From: a virus
Length of the DNA: 64,000 bases
IMG/VR virus record: IMGVR_UViG_3300008266_000037
Location: 1-64,000 of that record
Reading direction: 5' to 3' (one strand)
Under the pieces are notes generated by a model, which saw nothing but the letters and a program-made list of their open reading frames with translations, ran no database searches and was not told the DNA's origin. This document shows, in pieces, positions 1 to 7,858 of the stretch (its first letter is position 1; every line of letters begins with the position of its first letter). A program made the position numbers and the translations under genes.

Positions 1-441
1 ATGAGTCACCTCAAAGAGGGTGACTTCATCGTCTGCCAGCTTCCTCTGGAAGCCGTGGATGAGGATGCCGAACCGACGCCGATTGAAAAGCTGGACCTTA
101 TAGGTCCAAAGGTCAAGCGGTCTGCTGGTTGGGCCAGAGCCAAAGGCGGCAAGGTCGCCGAGGTCATCAGCTTTGCTGATCGGACGCCTCTCTCTGAGAG
201 GCAGCGCATGGCGACCCATGACCAGCGTGTCATGAGACACTCTCTCGCTGAAAAGACCCCTTCGGGTCTTTGGGAGAAGCTGGAAGCCGAACGGCGCTCT
301 CTTATAGAGGCCAACAAAACGGCTCTCCGCTGGGAACGGCTCTCTTGCCTTCCCTCCCCTAAAGGGGAAATCACAGCTGCTGATTTCCGCTTCGGCTCCC
401 TTCGGGGTGATCGGGAAGCCTTGCCGGTGAAGGCCGCATAG
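1..441 (+). CDS. hypothetical protein (possibly 5'-truncated at window edge)
   Basis: 146-aa ORF beginning at window position 1. No recognisable motif. Region also contains several short GC hairpins, so coding status is uncertain. Confidence 0.3.
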   Translation: MSHLKEGDFIVCQLPLEAVDEDAEPTPIEKLDLIGPKVKRSAGWARAKGGKVAEVISFADRTPLSERQRMATHDQRVMRHSLAEKTPSGLWEKLEAERRSLIEANKTALRWERLSCLPSPKGEITAADFRFGSLRGDREALPVKAA

Positions 442-525
442 AAAGCCCTGTAGGGGCTGAATGCGAAGAACCCCCAAAGGGGGTCGGGATTGTCCTGACC
501 CCCATTTTTCCGAAGGAAACAGCCC

Positions 526-699
526 GTGGATAACACGTTCAAGGCAAAGCCTCTCCCGAATATCAGGCGTGAGATGGACCTATGGTCCAAGGGATGGGAC
601 GCCAGATTTGCCGGAAAGCCTATCCCCTTCGGGGATTCCTGCGAGGATGCCCGTAAGGGATGGGATGACGCTGACCAGTGGCTTAAAGAATATGGCTAA
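526..699 (+). CDS. small hypothetical protein (57 aa, GTG start)
   Basis: Short ORF (VDNTFKAKPLPNIRREMDLWSKGWDARFAGKPIPFGDSCEDARKGWDDADQWLKEYG) preceded by AAGGA. Followed directly by an intrinsic terminator. Composition looks more protein-like than the overlapping 81-aa ORF 461..706. Confidence 0.25.
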   Translation: MDNTFKAKPLPNIRREMDLWSKGWDARFAGKPIPFGDSCEDARKGWDDADQWLKEYG

Positions 700-727
700 C
701 CCCTAAAGGGGTCCACCCCGTCAACCT

Positions 728-767
728 AAAAAGCCCGTGCGGTCCTCTGGACTGTGCGGGTTTTTTT
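728..767 (+). terminator. rho-independent terminator
   Basis: A-tract, then a GC hairpin (gcccgtgcggtcc tct ggactgtgcggg), then a TTTTTTT run at 761-767. Confidence 0.7.
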
Positions 768-951
768 ATGCCTGTCACGCGGACGGGCTGTCACGCCCCT
801 GAAGGTGACGCAGGTGTGACCTCGATAGCGGTTCTTTGAACGGCGCGGAGAGGTTAGGTGCCGGTAGGGAGCCCCTGTCGGGCCGTTCGCCTTTGTGGGC
901 GACCGACCCTGTGTAACGGGTCTGTGGAACCGATATACCATATCGGAGGGC

Positions 952-1036
952 TTGACAGAAATCGGGGCGGAATCTTGCCGTGATGGGGCATGATAGGGGT
1001 AGAATCTTGCGCCGTTTCCCCTAATCGAGCAATAAT
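952..1036 (+). promoter_or_regulatory. two tandem sigma70-like promoter candidates, each carrying a GAATCTTGC box
   Basis: TTGCCG(975-980), 19 bp, TAGAAT(1000-1005). Then TTGCGC(1007-1012), 18 bp, AATAAT(1031-1036). The GAATCTTG motif recurs a third time at 1789-1798. Confidence 0.35.
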
Positions 1037-1151
1037 CTACCCCTGACCGGCGGAACAGACCGGAAACAGACCGAGAACAAGCGCAGCACAAAAGGGGTCC
1101 ATAGAGGGAACAACCCACCCTCCTGCTGGCTCTTGCTCACCCCTCCTTACG

Positions 1152-1209
1152 TGCGGACACTCAGGTGTCGGCGTTACCCGCGTTACCCGGACACTCAGGT
1201 GTCCACGCG
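1152..1209. promoter_or_regulatory. pair of 14-bp perfect palindromes GACACTCAGGTGTC (operator-like sites)
   Basis: Copies at 1156-1169 and 1190-1203, 34 bp centre to centre. They are separated by the direct repeat GCGTTACCC x2. Confidence 0.45.
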
Positions 1210-1239
1210 CGCCTGTCACGCAGAGAATCTTCTCTCTCT

Positions 1240-1500
1240 TTAACCTTAAAGCCTAGAGGGCGAAGGGTTTATAACTGTTCTCTTTTTCCTGCGGGCGCGG
1301 GCGCATCTTTCCTTTCTCCTTGAGGCGAAGGGTCTAAGACTTACTCTCTCCGCCTAGAAGGGAACGAAACCGGAACAAAACCGGAACAAAACAGGGCCTC
1401 TCTTTTCTTCCCCTCTTTAGAGGGGAAAATAAGTCAACCCATTTTGTTCTGGAAAATCTTCCCTTCCTTCTTAGGAAGGGAAAGAAAGTCAACCCCCTCG
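1240..1500. repeat. iteron-like direct repeats and short hairpins in non-coding DNA
   Basis: CCTNGAGGGCGAAGGGT repeated ~65 bp apart. AAGTCAACCC repeated ~58 bp apart. CCGGAACAAAA x2. Palindromes cctctttagagg and ccttccttcttaggaagg. No credible ORF on either strand. Confidence 0.4.
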
Positions 1501-1511
1501 GTTTTTCGGTT

Positions 1512-1537
1512 AAACCCCTTCGGGGTTTATTTTTTTG
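1512..1537 (+). terminator. rho-independent terminator
   Basis: aaacccc ttcg gggttt hairpin followed by a TATTTTTTT run. An AT-rich tract with GATTTT repeats lies downstream (1538-1560). Confidence 0.6.
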
Positions 1538-2071
1538 TTGATTTCAGATTTTCGATTTTGACGTGTTGAGGAGGTCGAAACGGCGGCGACGGCTTCAAAC
1601 AGAGCCTTTACCCCTTCGGGGGGCGACACGTTAGACCGGCGTTTTCCACTAGCGCCGTCATCTTGCCCTATCAGCACGGTTGACCGCCGTATTTGGGCCG
1701 TCCCCTTTGGGGATGAATGAGTGGGACCGTGGCTTGGGCTAACTCTCCCGCCTCATAAGGGCATCCTCGACGTGCTGACCTCTGGTCAGAATCTTGGGTG
1801 GCTCCCTTCTAGGGACCGTGAATCCACCTGTTGCGGTTGTGTATCTGACACATGCACAATCGCTGGGCGACAGCCACGAACGCACCTCGCATTACGCGAC
1901 CAGCACGACGGCTGGCGGGGGATTTGCAAAGCAAGGTCAAGGATACTGGGCTTCCCGGTTTCCGCTTCCCGTCATCGCATGAGCGAGCGGTCGAGGCGAG
2001 GCTGGGAAGCCGTGTCCTTTCGCTTGAACCGCTGGGATTGTCCCGGCGGCTCCACTGAAGGGATATTTGTT

Positions 2072-2284
2072 ATGGGTTCCGTCACCAGAGCGATCATCGT
2101 TACTGGCGCGAAGCGCGCTCCCGCTATGGCGAGGCGCGAGACCGTGGGCATGAGGGCGCGTCGCCTGTTTCGTGACCACGCCGCGACGCTGAACCGCGTC
2201 CATACTCCCCATTGGGAGGATGCTAGCCCTGCCGTCCGTAACTTCTGGATGGAAACCGCCACGCACATGACGGACATGGGCTGA
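2072..2284 (+). CDS. hypothetical small protein
   Basis: In-frame ATG within the longer ORF 1721..2284. The upstream part of that ORF is Arg/Trp/Cys-rich and looks like off-frame noise. Confidence 0.3.
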   Translation: MGSVTRAIIVTGAKRAPAMARRETVGMRARRLFRDHAATLNRVHTPHWEDASPAVRNFWMETATHMTDMG

Positions 2285-2285
2285 C

Positions 2286-2516
2286 ATGAGCGTCGCACCA
2301 TACGGATGGGCGACAGTGTGTGCAGGCGGCAAGGCCCGCAACGCTACGCACAAGGCGATCATGCGAGGGGCTGACCCGCGCTCTCGCCCGAATGACGCGC
2401 CGCCCAAGATGGGGTGGGAGTACAGGTTCATGGGCCTGCCCGGCACGCGTGGGCGGGCTCGCATGGAAAAATCCATGAAGCGGCTGCAAGACAAGGGCGG
2501 GCTGATTTCCAGCTAA
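2286..2516 (+). CDS. hypothetical small basic protein
   Basis: 76-aa ORF with an ATGA-type junction to the upstream ORF. Followed by a conserved CGCAATCGCACAAC box and a GC hairpin. Confidence 0.35.
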   Translation: MSVAPYGWATVCAGGKARNATHKAIMRGADPRSRPNDAPPKMGWEYRFMGLPGTRGRARMEKSMKRLQDKGGLISS

Positions 2517-2569
2517 CCCCTCGCAATCGCACAACAATCCCCCTCGGGGGTATATGTGGGTGGCTATCC

Positions 2570-2608
2570 GCGCCACAATCATGCGGGTATAATACAGGAG
2601 GTCATCAC
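2570..2608 (+). promoter_or_regulatory. early promoter candidate with strong RBS
   Basis: Perfect TATAAT at 2587-2592. AGGAGG lies 7 nt upstream of the ATG at 2609. Confidence 0.4.
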
Positions 2609-3001
2609 ATGACCAACACTTCGCGCTCCATCGGTCTCACCAACGCTCTGGTTTCCAGCCCGCGCTTCGAGATCGAGGCTGTCGGTCTCAAGACGGTCAG
2701 GTTCACCGTCGCGGACGGCACCGGCAACGAGATCACCCTGCTGATCCCGCGCTCCGAGGCCAAGAAGATCGGCTCCAACACGAACGGCGTCGTCGGCCAG
2801 CAGGAGTTCACCGAGCTGGAGAACCTCGAAGCCGCTGGCACGATCACCCTCGCTCAGGCCAACAGCCTGAAGCGTCGGCGTGACACCCGCGACCGCACCG
2901 CCACGCTCAACGCCGAGCGTTCGGCTGCTGCGGCCGCCCGTCGGGAGGCTGCCGACAAGGCCGCCAAGCCCGGCAAGGCCAGCCTGAAGGCCGTGGCCTA
3001 A
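2609..3001 (+). CDS. hypothetical early protein with basic Arg/Ala-rich C-terminal tail
   Basis: 130-aa ORF with strong RBS. Start chosen at the internal ATG of ORF 2414..3001. C-terminus reads KRRRDTRDRTATLNAERSAAAAARREAADKAAKPGK. Confidence 0.6.
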   Translation: MTNTSRSIGLTNALVSSPRFEIEAVGLKTVRFTVADGTGNEITLLIPRSEAKKIGSNTNGVVGQQEFTELENLEAAGTITLAQANSLKRRRDTRDRTATLNAERSAAAAARREAADKAAKPGKASLKAVA

Positions 3002-3051
3002 CCCTCACGGGCAGGCTGCAATCCGGCCAAGAGTAAGGCCTGAGTAGAAAC

Positions 3052-3082
3052 AGGAGGGGAGGGGCTGTAGTGGTCCCTCCTT
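3052..3082 (+). terminator. GC hairpin (AGGAGGG...CCCTCCT), possible attenuator/terminator
   Basis: 7-bp stem with a U-rich trailing sequence. Member of the recurrent G-rich hairpin family. Confidence 0.35.
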
Positions 3083-3137
3083 TCCTGTGTTCTCCTCACT
3101 CCCTTGCGAGGGGGTTAGGTGAGCACAGGAGGATTAC

Positions 3138-3398
3138 ATGACCACGCTAGAGCGTGTTGCCCGCGCAATCCACGAGGAGCAGCGCGAGGCTGGTGAAGAG
3201 ATGTTCGATAGGCTCTCGCCCGTAGAGCAAGCGCGGTATCTGCGTATAGCAGGCGCGGGATTGTGGGCGGCAAGAAGCCCCGGCGAGGCGATCATCAGCG
3301 ACAACATGGATTATTTCGCTGACCCGTGTTACGCAAAGGACGCGAACGCTGGCTTCAACGCAATCATCCAAAGCATCATCAATGAGGCTGACGCATGA
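3138..3398 (+). CDS. hypothetical protein
   Basis: 86-aa ORF with GGAGGA RBS. Confidence 0.55.
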   Translation: MTTLERVARAIHEEQREAGEEMFDRLSPVEQARYLRIAGAGLWAARSPGEAIISDNMDYFADPCYAKDANAGFNAIIQSIINEADA

Positions 3399-3562
3399 CC
3401 GAGCCCGCGATCAAGAAGCTGCAATCAGAGATCGCCCGGCTGCGTAAGTGCATCGCCGAGTACGAAAAGGCGGTGCCTATCGGCGGTATCGTGTGGGCGC
3501 TGAGCATCAACCCGGACGATGAGTACCCGATGATTCCTTACATCAAGCGTGAAGGGGACTGA
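3395..3562 (+). CDS. small hypothetical protein (55 aa)
   Basis: ATGA overlap with the upstream stop. Sequence is coiled-coil-like: MTEPAIKKLQSEIARLRKCIAEYEKAV... Below the ORF-track length cutoff. Confidence 0.4.
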   Translation: MTEPAIKKLQSEIARLRKCIAEYEKAVPIGGIVWALSINPDDEYPMIPYIKREGD

Positions 3563-3563
3563 C

Positions 3564-3884
3564 ATGAACGGCCAGTACATTCTCGTCAATGATGTGCCGA
3601 CGCCCGAACCAGACCTCAAGAAATGGGGGATGTGGTTTGAGACCGCTGATCGGCGCGTGGCTCTCACTCAGGTGGGCGACAGCACCGTCTCGACTGTGTT
3701 CTTGGCGCTCGACCACAACTTCGGCGGCGGCACACCCATTCTCTACGAGACCATGGTTTTCGGGGCAGACGATCGTGACGAACTTATGCGGCGCTATGCG
3801 ACTGTCGAGGAAGCGCAGGAAGGCCACGAGAGCGTTGTGAAGGCGCTCATCGCATCGCAAGGAGAGGTTGATGCTGCCCTTTAA
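3564..3884 (+). CDS. hypothetical protein
   Basis: 106 aa from the internal ATG of ORF 3549..3884, with an AAGGGGA RBS. Confidence 0.5.
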   Translation: MNGQYILVNDVPTPEPDLKKWGMWFETADRRVALTQVGDSTVSTVFLALDHNFGGGTPILYETMVFGADDRDELMRRYATVEEAQEGHESVVKALIASQGEVDAAL

Positions 3885-4188
3885 GTATCTGGTTGCTGGA
3901 GTCACGCCCGACCACCTCGGGTTCATCCCGCACTTCATGGACGCAAACGACCCGCGCCCTGCTGTGGTGCAGTTGAACGAGGGCTACAATCGCCTGTCCG
4001 GGTGCAGCTGGAGCCCGCAGCCTGAGTTCACAATCAGACCGGACGGCGGACTGAAATACCCCGGCGACCCGGTGATGAAGCCCATCGCTGAGGCTCACCT
4101 GCGTGATGAGGTCATCCGCATGTATGAATACGGGTACGTGAGTGTGCAACAGCCGGACGGTTCGTTTGAGGCTGCAAGGATGGACTGA
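3868..4188 (+). CDS. hypothetical protein
   Basis: 106-aa ORF overlapping the upstream gene end (operon-like). Confidence 0.5.
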   Translation: MMLPFKYLVAGVTPDHLGFIPHFMDANDPRPAVVQLNEGYNRLSGCSWSPQPEFTIRPDGGLKYPGDPVMKPIAEAHLRDEVIRMYEYGYVSVQQPDGSFEAARMD

Positions 4189-4198
4189 GGAGAATGGT

Positions 4199-4591
4199 GT
4201 GCCTATCGTAATGGTGCAAAGCAATGAACTTGGCGCAGGCCGGGTTCCCCGATACGGGCAATGCCCCATCCCGTACTACCCCACGCACTGCTCTCTTGAG
4301 ATGACTGAGGCCGGACTGGCCGCGCTTAAGAAACTGCGCGCCGAACAGGCCACGCTTCAGCAAGATTTTATTGCGCTGCAAAAAGAGTGCGGTCGTGACA
4401 ACCCGGAAGGGGCACGACTCATGAAGGGGTACGCAAAGGACGCCCTTCGCATGGTGACCGCGTGTAATCTGTGGATCAAGCGGTACGAACAGGGACCGGG
4501 CAAGCCCGGTATATCGACCGCCACGTTCCCTGTCGAACTGGCATTTGAGTTGGACCTCGCGGCCTCAATCGCTTCGCTTGCTGAGATATGA
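4199..4591 (+). CDS. hypothetical protein
   Basis: In-frame GTG (4199) after GAGGAG, or ATG at 4211, within ORF 4142..4591. Confidence 0.45.
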   Translation: MPIVMVQSNELGAGRVPRYGQCPIPYYPTHCSLEMTEAGLAALKKLRAEQATLQQDFIALQKECGRDNPEGARLMKGYAKDALRMVTACNLWIKRYEQGPGKPGISTATFPVELAFELDLAASIASLAEI

Positions 4592-4830
4592 CCGAGACCA
4601 CAGAGGAGGCGACAATGAACACGCGGGGTAATGCCCGCATCAGGGTACACAATCATCAACCACCAAAGGGAGCCATTGACATGGCCGACACGAAACCGAC
4701 CACCACCCCGGCCAAAGCGCCGGACCTGCATCCCATCACCGGCGAAACGCCCGAAATCCGGGACCGCTTCCCGACCGGCTGTGCTCCGGGCGAGACGGAG
4801 GCGCAGCGCAATCAGCGGCTGGGCCGCTAA
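4588..4830 (+). CDS. hypothetical protein
   Basis: 80-aa ORF with ATGA overlap. Followed by the CGCAATCACACAAC box and a GAGGGGGAG hairpin. Confidence 0.45.
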   Translation: MTETTEEATMNTRGNARIRVHNHQPPKGAIDMADTKPTTTPAKAPDLHPITGETPEIRDRFPTGCAPGETEAQRNQRLGR

Positions 4831-4878
4831 CCGCAATCACACAACGAGTGCGAGGGGGAGGGTAACGCCTTCCCCCTC
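4829..4878 (+). terminator. conserved box + GAGGGGGAG...CTCCCCCTC hairpin
   Basis: 9-bp G/C stem at 4852-4878. The same box+hairpin architecture occurs at 2514-2550. Confidence 0.4.
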
Positions 4879-4990
4879 TGTGCTCACCTGAATCCCTGCC
4901 CTCCTTGACGAGAAGGTAATGTGGCACTGGGTCTCGCTCACCTATCAGGGTCGAACCTGACGGGGGTTCTGGTGAACACAGGAGAGTGAA

Positions 4991-5287
4991 GTGAAAACGC
5001 CCCGTGATTTGATTGTCCCCTTCGAGGATGAGCCTAGCCAAGGGCTCATGGATATTGCGTGCAACGCGGGCACTATCAGGGTGTCGGCCAGAACGGGCGG
5101 TAAGGTTAGACTGCTGGTCGCGGATGACCATTGTGAGGCCGGTGGCCGATGGATTGATGGAAACGGCAAATGGTTGGGGGCGTCTCTGTCCAAAAATCAG
5201 GCCCTCGCCCTAATCCTCGCCCTGTCTGCTGCCACGCGTGAAGAGCCCATCATCAACAAGGCTGAAGAATGTCCCCTCGAAAGCTAA
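4991..5287 (+). CDS. small protein, member of multi-copy paralog family (C-terminal WxGxxLSKNQAxxLxxxL helix)
   Basis: 98 aa with GTG start after GGAGAG. Paralogous to the next gene. Confidence 0.5.
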   Translation: MKTPRDLIVPFEDEPSQGLMDIACNAGTIRVSARTGGKVRLLVADDHCEAGGRWIDGNGKWLGASLSKNQALALILALSAATREEPIINKAEECPLES

Positions 5288-5556
5288 TCGTTCCTTACGA
5301 AAGTCGTTCCGACTACCCGTCACTAGGCACGGTCGCTGGCAGAGACGGAATGGTCAGGGTCTATACCGCTAAATCGCTCCTCGGCGGAGGGCTTAAGCTG
5401 ACCATAACACGAAACCTCGACAACAAGGCAGCTCACGGGTGGAGCGGAGAGACCCCGGTCACCCTGAGCCGAGAGCAAGGACTGGCCTTTGTCCTCGCTA
5501 TTGTCAACGCGATTGCCCTCATGGACGAGAACGGAAATCAGAAAGAACCGGCATGA
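5269..5556 (+). CDS. small protein, paralog of 4991..5287
   Basis: 95 aa. Shares the LIVP(F/Y)E, G.VRV and C-terminal GW.G....LS(K/R)(N/E)Q(A/G)LA motifs. Confidence 0.5.
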   Translation: MSPRKLIVPYESRSDYPSLGTVAGRDGMVRVYTAKSLLGGGLKLTITRNLDNKAAHGWSGETPVTLSREQGLAFVLAIVNAIALMDENGNQKEPA

Positions 5557-6014
5557 ACCACTCCATCTACGACCTGATTGAAGAAAACATCGCCAGTCAT
5601 GGCCGCCATTTGATGGCTGTGTTTGGTGATGAGACAGCCATGGTACATCCCTTTGTGTACACAATCGGCAACCACACCAAGGGGCTTCCCGAACTGCTGA
5701 TGATCGGCAGCTGCGACAACGCAATCGGGCACATCCTCAACAACCTGTCCGAACAGATGATCAGTCAGGGCGGGGCGTTCAGCAACGGCGAGATCGTGCA
5801 TCCCTTTCCCGGCAACGAGAAGGTGTTCGGCTTGAAGATCATCAAGGCCAACCCCGAGGTGAAGGAAATCTACACCGTGCAGGCAGGGCAAGCCCTCCAA
5901 ACCGAGGACTACGCTGTCTTGCAGGTGGTGGCTCCCGGCACCAACGGTAAGTTTCCCGGCGAGGAAGGGGCTGACGATTCTTGGGGCGCTGTCCCCCTGT
6001 ATCCGGTTCAGTAA
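5553..6014 (+). CDS. DUF4262-like protein
   Basis: 153 aa from the ATGA-coupled internal ATG. Motif FVYTIGNHTKGLPELLMIG resembles the DUF4262 core (recalled from memory). Confidence 0.5.
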   Translation: MNHSIYDLIEENIASHGRHLMAVFGDETAMVHPFVYTIGNHTKGLPELLMIGSCDNAIGHILNNLSEQMISQGGAFSNGEIVHPFPGNEKVFGLKIIKANPEVKEIYTVQAGQALQTEDYAVLQVVAPGTNGKFPGEEGADDSWGAVPLYPVQ

Positions 6015-6026
6015 GGACCAAAACCA

Positions 6027-6473
6027 ATGACCACCCCTGACATAGCCGGTCTGTGCGAGAGGCTGCGGGCTGCGCGGGAAGGCGTCACGCCGGGCGTCGG
6101 GTATGCGCCTCATCCAGACGACAACCCTTCGGCCATTAAAGCCGATCAAGGGTGTCGCGCCGTCTATATCGCGGACATAATGCAACAGGAAGACCGAGCC
6201 TTCATCGCCCTGTCCCGCGAGGCCGTCCCCGCGCTTCTCGACACCATTGAACGCCAAACCGCTGAGATCAAACGACTGAACGCCACCTGCTATCTCGACA
6301 GCTTCATGGCGTCAGAGCGCAAGGTTGAACGCCAAGCCGCTGAGATAGAGAGGCTGCGGGGGGCTTTGAAACGGTCACGGCGCTATGTCGCAGACCTTCC
6401 CATCGTCGGGGACGCGGACCTAGCAGTAATCGACGCCGCCCTTACAGGAGAAGACGCTGGGGGGAAGGGATAA
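6027..6473 (+). CDS. hypothetical protein (possibly Ead/Ea22-like)
   Basis: 148 aa with a central coiled-coil. Confidence 0.5.
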   Translation: MTTPDIAGLCERLRAAREGVTPGVGYAPHPDDNPSAIKADQGCRAVYIADIMQQEDRAFIALSREAVPALLDTIERQTAEIKRLNATCYLDSFMASERKVERQAAEIERLRGALKRSRRYVADLPIVGDADLAVIDAALTGEDAGGKG

Positions 6474-6679
6474 TGGTTCACTCCGCGCAAGGGCGCTCCG
6501 TACCCACCGAGGAGCAACATCCGCCGGTTCTCGCGCGGATGGATATGATCGTGGCGCAACTCCAGGGACTGCCGCACGTCGTCGCCACCTGTCGGGAAGC
6601 GGCCAACCTCATTCGGGAAATGGACGCGCACCTTCACGCCATCCTTTCTCTCATTCAGTCAGAAGGAAAATCAAAATGA
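6473..6679 (+). CDS. hypothetical protein
   Basis: 68-aa ORF, translationally coupled. Confidence 0.4.
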   Translation: MVHSAQGRSVPTEEQHPPVLARMDMIVAQLQGLPHVVATCREAANLIREMDAHLHAILSLIQSEGKSK

Positions 6680-7257
6680 CCGACACCACCGACGACCGGG
6701 AGTATGGCCCGGACGAGAACTATGCCGACAAGATGCTGGAACGCAGAGAAGCCAGCATGAATGTGTGCAAGGCGCTCGCTGAGAACAGCCCGCTCGAAAA
6801 GTTCACGCCCGCCCAGATGCACGAGGTCAACAACAAGGGCCGCATCCTTCAGGACGGTCTGCGTGGCGCGCTGATGGTGTCAATGTCTAAGGGCGGCGAT
6901 CCGATCCTGTGTTTCTATGCGGCGCTGGAGGCGCTGATCACGGTGTTCAGCACCATGGAGCAGACGACCGAGAATCAGGAGGCCGTCGCCTACCTCATGG
7001 CTATCGCCAATGGGGTGCGGATTTCCCCTGAGGGCCCGCTCTCCATCCTCAACGGCGAACTGTATCTGGCCGCTGTCGTTGACACCAAGGTCGATGTTCC
7101 CAAGGATGTCCGCGCTCGCTTTGGCCTGCCCGAGGAGGGCGAGATCAAGCCGGGCGGGGTCATCAAGCCCTTCTTCCCCGGACAGAAGGACGGCGGCAAT
7201 GTGATCGACGCCTCCGAACTGTTCCGCTCGGCGGGCAAACCCACCACCGTTCACTGA
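6676..7257 (+). CDS. hypothetical protein
   Basis: 193-aa ORF. Confidence 0.55.
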   Translation: MTDTTDDREYGPDENYADKMLERREASMNVCKALAENSPLEKFTPAQMHEVNNKGRILQDGLRGALMVSMSKGGDPILCFYAALEALITVFSTMEQTTENQEAVAYLMAIANGVRISPEGPLSILNGELYLAAVVDTKVDVPKDVRARFGLPEEGEIKPGGVIKPFFPGQKDGGNVIDASELFRSAGKPTTVH

Positions 7258-7281
7258 TCACAACCCAACAGGGAGGCCAGC

Positions 7282-7614
7282 ATGGCCAAGAAGAAACTGA
7301 CTGCGCTCCAGTATTGGCGCAGGGAATACGCCGAGATGTCGTTCGCCAATCGGTGCGCCAAGAAGGCCGCTCGCATGAGTCCGTTCGCCAAACAGGTGAT
7401 CAACGGCCACGTCTGGGGCAGCTTCAAGCAACCAGCCGCTCAGCGCATGGCTGCAACCATGAAGCGGGTGTGTCGTGAGTGGATGGAGGCTCGACCCATC
7501 GCTGCCGAGAACACCGCCAAGCAATGGGCAGCCGACGCTGCCAAGCGGGCGGCTAAGCTGGGCCATCCCATCCCGAACACTACCGCCCCCGAGAACAAGG
7601 TGAAGGAAGACTGA
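7282..7614 (+). CDS. hypothetical basic helical protein
   Basis: 110-aa ORF with GGGAGG RBS. Confidence 0.5.
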   Translation: MAKKKLTALQYWRREYAEMSFANRCAKKAARMSPFAKQVINGHVWGSFKQPAAQRMAATMKRVCREWMEARPIAAENTAKQWAADAAKRAAKLGHPIPNTTAPENKVKED

Positions 7615-7615
7615 C

Positions 7616-7858
7616 ATGAACCAACAGCCAATGAGCAAGGCAATGAAGGTTTACCTTGGCATTGCTGGGTGGGTTCTCAGCATTATCGCCCTGACGCAGT
7701 CGGCGCTGATGATGCTGAGCATCAAGGGGTCTTGGGGAGACATCGCCGTTCTGGCTGGCGTCCTCCTCATCATCATGGCCGGAGCGCTCACGCTCTTCGG
7801 CATCAACAAGGGGGCTGAACTCCTCATGCCTCCGCAATCGAAGGACGACGAAGAATGA
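7616..7858 (+). CDS. small membrane protein (2 TM) coupled to SPFH gene
   Basis: Two hydrophobic helices and an acidic C-terminus. Its stop overlaps the start of the next gene. Confidence 0.55.
   Translation: MNQQPMSKAMKVYLGIAGWVLSIIALTQSALMMLSIKGSWGDIAVLAGVLLIIMAGALTLFGINKGAELLMPPQSKDDEE

Noticed and set aside
1240-1500. CRISPR array
   Set aside because: The repeats are short and imperfect with irregular spacing, and there are no cas genes. They are more consistent with iterons or operators.
1721-2284. 187-aa ORF as a single gene
   Set aside because: The first two-thirds is Trp/Cys/Arg-rich with no RBS. Only the last 70 codons, from the ATG at 2072, look protein-like.
7616-7858. NfeD partner of the SPFH protein
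   Set aside because: It has only two TM helices and an acidic tail, and lacks the OB-fold beta domain of NfeD proteins. Called a generic small membrane protein instead.
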